A stretch of 64,000 nucleotides of DNA from Tubiluchus corallicola (lineage: Eukaryota > Animalia > Priapulida): positions 1 to 64,000 of the forward strand of contig JAQGDQ010000880.1 in NCBI GenBank assembly GCA_030141605.1. Direction: 5' to 3'. Below, in pieces: positions 1 through 46,030 of the stretch. The notes below the pieces were generated by a model. That model was not told the DNA's origin. It saw nothing but the letters and a program-made list of their open reading frames with translations, and searched no databases. Each line of letters opens with the position of its first letter. The stretch's first letter is position 1. The position numbers and the translations under genes were made by a program.

Positions 1-511
1 ATTGATCAACAATAATTTGCATTTAGCGGAGTTAAGTATGGTAGTGAACGGACCTGTTTTTGGGTTACTATGGGTAAAATGCAGTAGCAGTGTCGCACAG
101 ACTACACTGTACAGACTTTAGTTTCATTCATATCGTATCATGGCATAATAATATAAAACATTTCACACCTCAAATTTGGTTCAAGCAAGATGTTTCCTAA
201 ACTACTGTGCATGCTTTTTGTAGATGTCTGATTCTTTATCTCATGTTCACATACAATGCTAAATGCGGCCAAAAAAATATGCAAGAGTTTTCCAGCATGC
301 CAGATGATTTTGTAAGCATATCTGTCACTTCATTATACTTGTGAAACAAAATTATTGTTGCATTGCTGATGTGCTTACCATAATCGTGAGCAAGCGGCAT
401 TTGTTGTATAACAAGACAATTACCTTCACATAAATAAATGCAATTTATAGTGCTCTTCGAGGATAGACATTTACAAAAAAAGTGTTCTGCCTCCAAACAT
501 ACCTGGAGATA

Positions 512-1179
512 TTAATATAGGAGACCTTCAGTGCATAAATATTTGTCTAGAGCATTTTTGAAACAGTTGATTGTGTGAAGTCCTATGACTTCTTCCTGTA
601 GGGAATTCCATAGAACAGTTTCAGCATTAGAAAAGCTGTGCTTGTATCGCTCGGCTTTAGCTCTGTGTTTGGAGAGTTTGAGAGAGTGACCTCTGGTGCA
701 AGTGTGATTTGAGGTGACGAAAGTTTCATGGTTGATATCGATGTGTTCACGTAAAATCTTGAACATCTCGATCAGTCGACCACGTCGTCTATGAGAAGAG
801 AGTTGATGGAGTCTAAGACGTTGTAATTTCTCAGTATATGATTTACTGTCAAGTCCTTAGATCAGAGTGACTGTTCTCTCTTGCACTCGTTCTAGGTTGA
901 TGATGTATTTTTGAAGTATGGATCCCAAACTTGATTTACATAATCCAAGAGAGGTTTGGCGATACATACACAAAGTGGTAATATTACATGAGATGATCTT
1001 GAGGAAATTGAATTTGATATGAGTCTGAGAAGTTGATTGGTTTTCTTCGCTTTGCTAACAATATGGCTGCGAAAGTTGAGACTGGTACCACTTATGAGTC
1101 TTAAGTCTACTTCTAGGTCAAATATTGGTAAAGTAGTGTTATTAAAGTGATACTGATGGTGACTGTTGTTATGCCCCAC
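512..1179 (-). mobile_element. Degenerate CR1/L2-type LINE, 3' fragment of the RT ORF
   Basis: ORFs 892-1179 and 512-766 carry CR1-like C-terminal motifs (P.LDY..QVW.P; TRGHSLKL...R...FS...LWNSL..EV.....INCFKNALDKYL), broken by frameshifts. Confidence 0.75.
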
Positions 1180-3158
1180 ATGAATGACCCACCGATATGC
1201 TATGACAATGCGTTTTAGCCTTTAGTTTACGAAATACACAGTTTGAGCACAATAAAATGAGCCTGAACAGAACTTACACGTTTCTAGTTCTACAGCATAG
1301 TAGTAGTACAACAATTCGTTGTCACTCGCCCTGATATAAAGGGATTTAGGCACCGAACGGATGGATAGTTTTTTACTTGAACGCAACAGTGTTACTATAG
1401 CATTGCTAGCCAAAAACAAAAAAAGATAAACGTAAAATTATAGCGGGTTAAATGACTTACCACTTAACACGAAGACACCTGCCAGGCTGCCTAACGCTGT
1501 GTAGCAATCTTTGAAAGTGTTGTTATAAATCCGATGACTGTGCATATTGCTAGTGCGGTTTTTGGCGTAAAATATCTTGTGGGTAGCTTTCTGTTATTTT
1601 GAAGTTCTGCCTGTCATAATAAGAGTTATTAATAACAATAATTTTCATATTCTTTCATACAGTTAGCAGACATGGCTGCAGCTTACTCAATGTAATTCAT
1701 GATGAAATAATCTGATAATAATTGTTCTGACAAAGTCTTCTGTAAAGTGCAGATATTCGTCATTATTTGGGCTACCTATATTAAGAAAAAAATGAACCGT
1801 TTTCACTATTGACCAAGAATTAGAAATTCTGAATTTGTGTAAAAGCAAAAGTGAGCCTCTCAAAGCATCTAATTTATCATTGACTTTGGCACTCCGCACA
1901 GTTTATATCTAGCGCTTTGCAAATAACCTGACAACCAAAGTCTAACAAGCAGAACATGTTGAGATAAGGGACACAAGAAACTGATTCAAAACTTTTGCAA
2001 TGTAAAAACTGTTTTTAGTTTATCTATCTATTATAGTACTGCTACATTTAGTACAAATTCACCTTGTAAATTGGGCCTGTTTACAAAAAGCTGTAGTATA
2101 AGTAAAGATGTTAAAAAATAAAATAATTCAGCAATGACGTTATACGATATTAAGAAATTTCGTGTTATTTTACTCAGAAGCCAAGACACACTAATATTCA
2201 GCCATATAGTAAATGTAAATAGTAGTAACTTGGATACTAATTGCTGAAACTGTTAGGGTGTTACTTATTACCTTACAGAGTGGCCAGCACTAATGCTTAT
2301 TGTTATATGTTCACATGCTGGTTTATTAATTTTAAGTGAAAAAAGAAAAATTGAGCACACAGACACTACTTATCTTTTATTTACTGATTAAAATAATGTA
2401 CTGCTATAGCTCTTTAATAAAAATGGCATTTTTAATAAATGCAAAAAAAGTTAAGAACTCATCAAATAATCTGGTCAACAACCGGTTAATTCATAGCGTA
2501 AATTGGCTACAAATCGGATACAAAAATATTTTTAGGCCTAAGCTTTGTTGCTTCCAAGAAGGGTTGTTTGGATCAATGTATTTTTCTGTGTGGTTTTGCC
2601 AATGTTTATCCAAACGAGCCTTGAATTGAACTAAACTGGTGGACTCGACTTGCATAGGTTACATATTCTAATTATTAACTGCTCTATAGGAAAATACATC
2701 ATTCCTTTTGTTCTATCTTCTATTGAGCAGTTTAAATGAGTGTGTCCTCTTGTGCTTCGTGTATCCTGTATGTTAATATGCTGTTCAAATGTAGTCTGTC
2801 TATCCCAGGTAGTGTTCTATATGTAGCCACACCAGACAAGCCACTGTGTAGATGTAGCCAAAATGTTTGGTGTAACAAAAAGCCAGAAGTATTACTAACT
2901 AGTGAAATGGACGAGTTAGTACTAGTTGCATCAGTATCTTAGCGAATGAGTGTGTGGAGTATAGGAAAAACATGAACAAATACATTGAAGTGGGAAATTA
3001 CAACCAGAAGATTCCAATTTAAAAGAAGACTTTGCATCTTACTTTTATGTGCCCGCTTAAGTATGGTGGAGAGAGTCAGGAATTGCAATCGCAAAAACGT
3101 GTGTAACTGCCACCATTTTTAATATTTTGTATTTCCATTATTTTACAGGATTTTCACT

Positions 3159-6100
3159 ATGGCGGAATTAACTGAACATGTAAGTAGCAACAGTATCAAA
3201 CTCGACAAATTCTCTTTCCTGTAATAATTTGTCATTGCTTATTTGTACATAACAGCTTGATGAATAATTGAAAATATTATTTATGACACTAATACAATGT
3301 ACTTGTTTATTACAGGTTGCTATAATTACTTTCATCCCCTCAGCTAGGGATATTCACACGAATTGTTAGTTTCATAAAGTGCCATTAGAGTGCACTAGTG
3401 CTGTGATATTGTGGTATTCACATTGTAAAAAAAGGGCAGTAGTGAACTGAGGTTAATCCCATTTTCTTTCTGAATTCCATCTGTCTCGGGTATTTTGCAT
3501 TAATTATGTCAGAGATGCTGAGACCATTGAATCTGTGCAAACCATCAGTGTAAATCAAATTTAAGTGTGAATTTATCTGCCTAGTCTTAGAGAATGGTTT
3601 TTGAAACATTGTTTTTAGCCATACTCACTTTGCGTAGTGTGCACTGTTATTTGCAAAAACTATTTGTGATGTGTTAGCAAGCTAGAGGAAAAATTTTGAA
3701 TCTCTTCCAAGTAGTCAGCACCTGAAGCTGAATGCTATAACAGTCCGCCTACTAGCGATTATTTGCTAGTTGCTGCAAGAACCTATCTATAAAAAGCCTT
3801 AAAGGTCAAATACAGCGTACTTTGTGAAGTTTCAGTTTTACAGAAAAACAGAAGGAAAATGACTATCTTTACTGAACGACGATCGTTTCGGCTACTAAAG
3901 CCTTTATCAAACTATAAATCATGCCAAAAAAAGAATAAATAGTACATTAATGATACAAAGGCACAAACCAAAACTACAAAACAACAGATAAGAATTTAAC
4001 TTATCAAAATAAACTAGTTTCGGTTTGATTCTTAGTCGTTGTCTCGGTTTTTGTTCTTGTTTTAGCGCGATTTATAGTTTGATAATGGCGTCAGTAGCCA
4101 AAGCGATTGTATCTCAATGAACATGGTGATTCCTAGAAGCTGACTCTTTCGTCTACGAAAGAAAATGCTCCAACTAAGATTTTCTGATGCTTTTAACTTT
4201 TTCTTGGTGGTGTATATAAGAGGAAATCTGGTGTGAAGGTAGTGTGGATTTCAGGAGAAAGTCTGAACTTCATTTTGCGTGGTTATCGCGTGTCACATTT
4301 CACCGTGTAGCATTATTTTCAAATCCAGCGTCACAGAAAGGACACGGTATTCAAGGAAGCTGTTGCTAGCACATTTGTGTAGTCTGCGATTTTCACGAAC
4401 ATAGTCCAACAAAATGTTTTGGGGAAATTGCAACTTCGATGCCTGATTTTATTAGAAAGGAAACCATGAAATTTAATAAAATTAGTATCAAATTTTAAGC
4501 TATCATTGACTCTTATAATTAAAGAAAAGTTATTTTTACATTGAACTTGGTCTTTAAACATAAACCAGTATCGTGAAATGTAGTTACTGTCGGCATAATT
4601 CCGATTTATTCTTCAATTGTGATTTTGTAAACTACTGTATGTTATTGTGCAGTGCAAGCCAAGCTCAAACTTTAACAAACTTTGATCACTTCAGCAGGTC
4701 GAAGAGCAACACGAGGAGGGAGAACACGAAACTGAACATGTGGACGTGTTAGCCAGGGACCGGAAGCGCATGTTTTCCAAAGAATGTATGAAAACTAATT
4801 ATTAATAGTCTTTATTTTAAGCTTGTTATTAATGATTGAATGATCCCCCCATTTATTAAATTTTGGAACCAAGATGTCACATTAACGAAGGTCAAAGGTT
4901 AAGTATACACACGAATGCTTTTTAACTACAACTGTCAGGTGACGTGTGGGTAAAGAAAAGCCATCTCCAGCATTAGTTTAGTAACATCAGTTGTTTATGT
5001 GAATTTTACTAAATTATGCATTAGTCTGTGCGTACAGTGATTTACTCACAGAATCTTACTTGGGAACAAGAAAAAATGAACTCCCTAAGATTCTAGTTAG
5101 CTGTTAAAACTGTTACTATTACAATAGCATCGTGAGGCATTGTCAAGTGTACACAAATGCATTGTTTGGTACACTTAACCTTTGACCTTTTCACGATCAT
5201 CATCAATCGCCGACACTATGAAAAGGCTTATTGGCTGGTGAGCTGTAAATATGTGTTACCGCTGATTGACCTTACCCTCGCTCCCACCTCCGTTCACTGA
5301 TACCTTTCTGTAAGCTGCATAGGTAGTATATGAAAGAAGCCACATGCGAACTGTTCACAGACTGCATTGCTTTCCTGATGCTTGTAATAGGTAGTTTTCT
5401 ATGAGTTTTTTGCTACGATATCTACATTAGTTGACTGGGTCAAATTGTGTCTCAAGAGTGTTTAACTGCTTTTTCCAAGATTAAAAATATGGTGTAATTC
5501 CATGAGTTAGTTTCTATCAAAGACTGTGTGTGTGTTCCTAAGGACTTGAACATGTTTTATTCACCTGTAGCTTGATACTGCATCTTGTCATTGAGTAGAA
5601 ATAATGCTGTGTAATTAAGATTAGCAGTTTGTTAGTAGTTTTCTTTCACGTGTTTAGACATACCCAAAAGTTATTAAATTAGGACTTGTTAGGATTAATA
5701 GAACTGAGAAATCTAGTGGTGTTCGGATTTATCTTGGAAGCAAAAGATCATGGTTCAAATCAAGGCTGGGTCACTTTTATTTCTTTTCTCCAAGTTTTTT
5801 TCAGAATTTCAATAATTTTGGGTTCTTTTTCTGTGATACAGTACAGTGAACAATAATAATTAGAAGTTTTACAAAATAATTAGAAGTTTTTCACTAATTC
5901 ATAAATGCATCACCAAAAGTAGTACAGTAGGATACTTTTTAAAATTAAGTGCCTGTCAATTACTAAAGTTTGTCAAAAATATATTAAAAACATTTCAAAA
6001 AATGTCTCTGTAGCTTTATTGAATTTTAGGTAGGCATTGTTTACCAGAGCTTAACTTCAAGTTTTGCCACTTCTGGATAGATTATTGTAGCTGAATATAT

Positions 6101-8585
6101 ACTGTTGCTGATAAAGATTATAATTTAGATCAAGCTCTAGGTGGCAGCACTTAGGAACCGGGCAACTAATAGCTGTACTCAGGTGGAATGAAATTTTCAA
6201 CTTGGGTTAATATTTAATCAAAAACCAAAGGAGTTGCGTACAGATGGGCATAGTTGCAGTAATGACTTCAGCTATGAAGTTTTAGTGGTTTGGAGTTTAT
6301 AAAATTGTTTATTAAGTAATTTGTTTAAGAAACTGTTGTAGAGTAAGAGGTAGACCTAAGAAAAACTGAGGAAGAGAAAGTTTATTGGTTATCAGTAACG
6401 ATATACATCCTTGCTCTTATAATTTTCCTTCACCACTCTATTGTGATTTTAAATTCCTTGCAAGATTGTACTTAATCAATAAAAAAAATAGATTTTCTCT
6501 TATAATTCTTAATTAATCATTGCCAAAATTCAATGGGTTATTGCTTGTCCCATGCCCCACCCCTCCACTTAGCTTTGTAGAAATTGGTTATGTGTTTTTT
6601 AAGTGATTCTGGTGGCTGACAGAAAAAATGATGGTGAAAACGTAACTCCATGGCACAGGCAACTAATCACATTGCTAAACTGCAGCACTGTTGGTGTTTT
6701 CTTTTCTCTGTCTTTATTTTACACTGAGATTACGGGACTGACAAATGCACGAATTTTAGTTCTGTACAACTTTGAGAAAGAACCCTTTTATGGAGTATTA
6801 TAATAATTTATCTTTGGAAGCTTGGATGATTTATCTTATGCGGTTTGCAATGTTTTTGCAGTAAGATGTATGATGTATGGATTTGGTGATGATAAAAACC
6901 CTTACACAGAGTCCGTTGACATGTTGGAAGATCTTGTCATTCAGTTCATCAAAGAAACGGTATGTTTTGTTAGTAAACGATTTTTCTTATAAGAGCATTT
7001 TATACATTTTAATGCTAATTTAAGTTATTGGGTTTCTATTTAGTTTTTAAATAGTTTCCAATCATTTAAGTCTTTCTCCAGTTGGGAGTTCAAACCAAAA
7101 CAAACGTTTACACAAACGCTCTGCAACAAATAATCAATATTTATGCCAGCTACTAGGTTTTATAGACTTACACTATGTGTTAATAGATTTTTAACTGCAG
7201 TGATGCATGATCATGTGCTCATGGTATCTGGTTTAGTGACAAAGTTAAAAGTGGAGGGAAAAGCTTGTCAATGGACAGGTGAAACAATTTGGTATTTGCT
7301 TCAGTGGGGGTTGACTCGTCACGACCATCCATCTTGAATAGGACATTTGATTGACTGCAGGACTTTGGCTTGCAGTATTTCTAATTGTAAAAAAAAAATA
7401 TTCAATTGATGCTGCAATCAGCTCATGCAGCTTTAGCCACGCTTTATTGTTTTTACTGTATATGTAAATTCTGTGTAAAACCAAAAGCAGCAGTTTGGAT
7501 TTTCCTTGCCTTAGTTTCACTGGAAATTGGTAGTGTGAAAATTAAGGAAGTAAATGAATAACTGGTATTTCAAGTGCCAAACCAGTTTAGTTGAATAATA
7601 TGTTCACTATTACAATGCATAAACTTTTTCTGTCTTATCTATCTATTTTGATGTCTGTTTTAGTAGAATGTTATATAGCTAACATCAGCTTCATTTGTTT
7701 AATATCAGAAAACCCAGCAGCTAACACTATAGGAATCTGCTATTCTAACGTTAATAGATACATAGTTTGGACGCTTCATTGTTTTTACTCAAATCTCAGA
7801 TCCGAATCAGTATTTTTAAAAATGGTTTTGCTTTCCTTAAGCTAAAAGATTTTTGTTCATCTCAGTTCAAAAATGATGGTTTGGTGCATCTTTTGTCATT
7901 TAGTTAAACAGTAATCATTCCGTTTTGCAATTAGTCTAGATAACAATGGTACAAATTTTCTTTATTGCTTACATGTTGTTGTAGTCAGCCATTCCACAGT
8001 TCCACGATTGATCATAATCGTTAAAAGGTCAAAGGCTAAGTGTACCAGACAACACATTTGTGTACATTGACAACGCCTCACAGCTCATGCTACTGTAATG
8101 GTAACAGTTTTAACAGCTAGTTAGAACCTTACCTAGTTCATTTTTTCTTGTTCCCAAGTAAGATCCAACTAGTAAATCACTCCACACTCAGACTAATGCA
8201 TAATTAAGTAAAGTCGACGTAAAACAACTGATGTTTCTGAACTAACGATTGGCGTTACCCACATGTCACGTGACGATTGCAGTTAAGACGCGTTACTGTG
8301 GTACACTTAACCTTTGACCTACAGCAACTGCGCATGCATGCAACGAAATTGTGAAAAGGCTTATTAAACCTATTTGTGCTGCTAAGGGCGACTAAATAAT
8401 TGCCTGTTTCTGTATTACAGACACTAAAGGGAATGGAGACTGGAAGATCGGGTCGAGTACAAGTAGAGGACATCATATTTCTCATCAGAAAAGATCATAA
8501 GAAATACAGCAGAGTGAAAGAATTGTTAACTATGAATGAAGAACTAAGAAAAGCAAGAAAAGCTTTTGATGAGGCTAAATATTAA
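3159..8585 (+). CDS. TAF13: TFIID subunit 13; exons 3159-3179, 4698(or 4695)-4785, 6862-6959, 8421-8585
   Basis: The spliced product MAELTEH-VEEQHEEG...RKRMFSKELRCMMYGFGDDKNPYTESVDMLEDLVIQFIKETTLKGMETGRSGRVQVEDIIFLIRKD...LLTMNEELRKARKAFDEAKY matches the TAF13 histone fold. All introns are GT-AG and phase-compatible. There is a CAGCAG tandem acceptor at 4692-4697. The first short exon is the least certain. Confidence 0.93.
3857..4131. mobile_element. Imperfect ~275-bp palindrome resembling inverted Penelope-like element termini
   Basis: The left arm on the minus strand reads TTGATAAAGGC-TTTAGTA-GCCGAAACGATCG. The right arm on the plus strand reads TTGATAATGGC-GTCAGTA-GCCAAAGCGATTG. The arms remain similar further inward and outward. 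Confidence 0.5.
4889..5209 (+). mobile_element. MITE-like repeat, copy A (TAF13 intron 2)
   Basis: Terminal inverted repeats AGGTCAAAGGTTAAGT(A)TAC / GTACACTTAACCTTTGACCT. The whole body aligns in reverse complement to 8005-8320. Confidence 0.7.
8005..8320 (-). mobile_element. MITE-like repeat, copy B (TAF13 intron 3), inverted relative to copy A
   Basis: Same TIRs and internal blocks as copy A, e.g. TTCATTTTTTCTTGTTCCCAAGTAAGAT versus ATCTTACTTGGGAACAAGAAAAAATGAA. Confidence 0.7.
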
Positions 8586-9358
8586 ACTTCTGTGTCATGG
8601 CTAGACTTTGGACAGATGTGTAATAAGTCTGGAAAGGCCAGTGACTGAATGATAAAATGAATGGTTTTTAAGCTACCCATATGGAATGCTGCATGCTGAA
8701 GGGAACATCTGCAAATTTTTGGCTTGGCATTTGGTATGATAATTTGAGCTGAAAAGTGGAACTCGGAACTTGGCAAGACGTACATCTTTGGTCGATGGTC
8801 ACATCACTCATTCGTTATCGATAGTCAGTTGTTTGCTTTTAACATTGTTTAAAAATCCCAAAATTCTGTTGTGGAACAACCATGAGACAGAGAGTCACTT
8901 TTCAACATGTAGAAATGCTAACTGTAGATGCTACAATAAAACAAGCATTTTGCAGTGTATACATTTCACGGTGGAAATAAGCTTGTCTGTGTCAATAATA
9001 ACGAGTATTTGGAACAAACTGAGATTCTTTCTAAGAAATTAAGCCACATCAGAGTGATGATATGTCAGTGCCTCAATGCGAATATACAGAATGTAATGTG
9101 CGCGTTTTTCCAAAAAGCTAATATCTGGTAAAGAAACTATAATTAACTAACTGTGAATGTAAACAAATAATCAAATCTTGAAGAGCTGATGAAATTCACT
9201 GTGCAGATTTTTTTCATAGATTCATAAACTGAATAAAATTATTTGGCCTTAAATACCTTTCTCACTATATTTGTTTTAATTTATGAATGATTTCATCAAA
9301 GCGTTGTACTGTATCAGTCATTAATGATAAGTGTTTTGATATCATGTTTCAGTGTGAC

Positions 9359-9778
9359 CAGGGGTGTATCAAGACTTTACGACGACCTATGGTTAATAGT
9401 TCTATTCCACCCATCTCTATTGTGAAGTTATGGTTGTTTATTTAATGATCAGATTAATCAATCACTTATGGTGTATTAGAGACACTATTAACCTAGTTTC
9501 TACGTGGTCATTATTATTTAGATGTATTTGCATATCACTTATATTCATGCAGGCTGTAACTGCTTGTTATGTAATATTTTGCATTGTTCATTATGTGGCA
9601 CTTATATAACAGTTATGCTCAGTAACTGTCAGTGGTGTGTTATTTAATGTGCCTTTTACATGAATATGAAAGAATACACATTTTCCGAGGAGAATAAGAA
9701 TTTTTTCTAAAATGTGACTCCCTCAAACTTTGGCGCCCTAGGCTATAACCTAGTTAGCCTATTGGTTAATATGCCCTG
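9359..9778. mobile_element. hAT-like MITE
   Basis: CAGGG...CCCTG ends flanked by a near-perfect 8-bp TSD, AGTGTGAC / AGTATGAC. Confidence 0.6.
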
Positions 9779-9977
9779 AGTATGACACTCCACGATCTTA
9801 TACTTAACTCTACAATGTCTTCATTATATATTTCCATAATTAGTTAAACATAAAAATAAACTGCCAATTTTTGAAATATTATCATGAAGATTTTGTTCTG
9901 CACTGGATACAAGTTTTAGTAAAATTTCATGCTACTGGTCTGTAGAATTAAACAAAAGTACAAGTAATGGCTGTTGT

Positions 9978-35300
<25,323 letters not shown>

Positions 35301-36200
35301 TTTATTGACTCTGCCAGATGCATGGGGTCCCTGGCTTTAAGGAATGATCCCGAATAAATACTTGGAGAAACCCGGATAGACTGACGCAACGTTTACATGG
35401 GATATAATAGTCGAAATAATAATGCAATCAAAATGAAATGCAATTATTAATAAATTATTATTTTGACTCAATTATAAATCTTTTTAGCATTTTTCGACAA
35501 GTCCATTGTCCAGTTGAAAAAACATTGTGAAACGTCAAAAGATGAATAAATTGGACAAACAATAAATTTAAATGCCGTTACTAGAATTAAAGAACTAGGC
35601 GTAGTTTTATATTGTTCTGCCTTTATTTAGAACAAATTGTGATATTGTTAGAACTTGCTGCTTGACAGTTAATTGACATCAGGGACAGACTTCTTGCAGC
35701 ATTGTACAGAAGTATCCTTATTGGTAACGCACTAGTTTAGGCTTTTCTCTAACGTTTCAAGTTAAATTTTGAAAAAAGACATTGTTAAATAAAACTAAGA
35801 CACTACCTAGTTTTCTTAATTGCCAACATTTAATTCACTGCTTATGACAAATTTGGCTATTGTCACTCTCTATGGCGTGATATAATATATATATATATAG
35901 GGGTGATATGATATAGTAATATAATGGCGTGTATTTCAAATACGGTCAGGTATTCTGATATCGTTTAATATCAAAATAAACGTCTGAATGTACTAAAAGT
36001 CGTTTGTACCGATTATAATATTTTAGAGATAGTTTATAAACAGAAAGATCGTGTCCACTGAGAGTCAGTTCAGAACACACGACTGACTGGATTGTAGAAT
36101 CTTATAAATTTGATCTTTCCCTATGGCATGAAAATGTTGGCAAAGCAATTTCACATTGCTAATGTTGTATTATTAGTTAAATGTGGCCACAAGGAGGAAG

Positions 36201-36207
36201 AAAAAAA
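36201..36207 (-). terminator. Pol III terminator (T7) of tRNA-His
   Basis: A run of 7 T on the minus strand, 33 nt downstream of the tRNA 3' end. Confidence 0.7.
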
Positions 36208-36240
36208 TTCGTTTACTGCCGTGACATTGCTGTCAAGCAA

Positions 36241-36312
36241 TGCCGTGACCAGGATTCGAACCTGGGTTATTGCGGCCACAACGCAATGTACTAACCACTA
36301 TACGATCACGGC
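36241..36312 (-). tRNA. tRNA-His (GTG)
   Basis: The minus strand reads GCCGTGATCGTATAGTGGTTAGTACATTGCGTTGTGGCCGCAATAACCCAGGTTCGAATCCTGGTCACGGCA. It has an intact cloverleaf, A and B boxes, and the typical metazoan His body. Confidence 0.96.
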
Positions 36313-36639
36313 TAATACGGTAAACGATGGTTTACTTGGTTTAGAAAGCTTCTTGTATTGCATCGCTGCGTTGCAAACACTCTGTGTAGCCGGTTGTAAT
36401 TCTATCGTGTTATATAATTTCTTGATTCTTTTCAAACTAACAATAATTGTAAATTTAAATTCATAACGCTAGAGCACCAGCTGCTTTTTTTAATTGACGG
36501 CACCTAATTCACAGCAGTATTTTTAGTTCGTATTATGCTAGGCAATCAATTAAAATTTTCGTCAATTATGTGCAGGATTGGTACCTAGAGTTTGCAGTTA
36601 ATTTTTATTCTTTGCTGGCAGAGGGCAGCATTTATGCTG

Positions 36640-36646
36640 CCTTTTT
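36640..36646 (+). promoter_or_regulatory. Probable TCT/5'-TOP start site of RPL24
   Basis: The pyrimidine run CCTTTTT starts ~20 nt before the ATG of the mini-exon, as is typical of ribosomal protein genes. Confidence 0.5.
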
Positions 36647-36659
36647 AGAGTTTGTCATT

Positions 36660-44581
<7,922 letters not shown>

Positions 44582-44602
44582 TTGTACAAATGGAAGTGTA
44601 AA

Positions 44603-44608
44603 AATAAA
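44603..44608 (+). promoter_or_regulatory. Poly(A) signal of RPL24
   Basis: AATAAA 21 nt after the stop codon, followed by a GT-rich tract. Confidence 0.7.
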
Positions 44609-46030
44609 TTATTTAAAAACTTATAAAATGTGCATTTGTGTGTTTTGTATAACTTTGTACTGTTTAAATTTTAGCTTTTTTTGTAATAGATCTTTTTACG
44701 TTAATTTGTACAGCCCGATCTGCAACTTCCTGTATATGCAGTATGTAAGGCAGCTTGCATTTTAGATATTAAGTTTGGATTCTGTTGTGATTTGCTTATG
44801 CCATAAGAAGAAATGAGAGGCTTTCCGATTTCGTTTTTGGAACAAGCCATTTACATTGATACACTCGATACATTTTTCCTGCTACAAAGAATTATTGATA
44901 TCATCTGATGACCAATATTATATTGTTTCCAACATTGTGATTTGGAGATGTAGAACACATTTCAATGAAGCAAAAGTGATAAATGACAACAGATAGCCAA
45001 TAACCAACTGTCAGAGGTAAAGGCACTATTCTTATTATTGTCCAAGCGATTCATTCATTAAGTGATGCCATCGTTTGGGAACAGAAATGCCATGCAACTA
45101 CAATTCAAGAAAATAAAATTATGATGAATTGCCATACAGTGAGAAAGAATTCTGATGTGACAGTAACAGAATTACAGATAATCCGTACTGAATTGTGCAC
45201 AAAATTTGCTCTAATTTAATAATAACTAGTGAGCGTTTTTGACTGTGTGAAAAGCTGTGGTAAGATTCTGTTTCTGTGACAGGAGATGCTTTAAATGACA
45301 GCTTTTGTTTTGTATTTACAAAATGAAAATTGTTTTCAGAGTAATTAACAATAATGTATGTTGTTAACAGTATGTAAGTACTGTTCTTTCTGCCTCGATT
45401 AACAGTTTCAAGGAAACCAGAGCTTGTCACTTTTTGACCAGTAACCAGTGGTTCAACTCTCAAACAAATGTGACTCAAAATACACCATTCAACTTGTCTC
45501 ATCAAACCTTTCATTTGATGTACTACAATCTACTCTTGCTTGACAAAGGAAGTGTTTACATCGCTGCCAGACAATTTCAGTCATTGTCCTCTAGGGGTGT
45601 CAGTGGTTGACCAGCCTAGACTTATGTCATACCATTCAATTCGAGACCTTTCGTTTGCTGTATTATTATAATGTAATTACATCATTATTTGATATAATAA
45701 AGACATTAAAACTATAACTTTACCTGTGAGGCTGTGACCGCAGGGACAAAGGTCAACAAATGCAGGCATGACTTGTACCACCACTCCATTATAGTCTCAT
45801 TGATACCTTTCATTTGCTGGATACTGACAAGCATTTGTCTACATGACCTCAGTTTTGGTTTTTACACCCTAACGGGCCAAGAGTCAACCAATTTGGGCGT
45901 AACTCATACCATTCCATTCCGCTGAAAAATTTCGGCTGAACCGTGCAGGGAAATTTCCTGTACGCAAATCACTCATATTCAGCTATGCACAACAACTCGA
46001 TACCACCTAGCCGCATACCAAAAATTGTGG

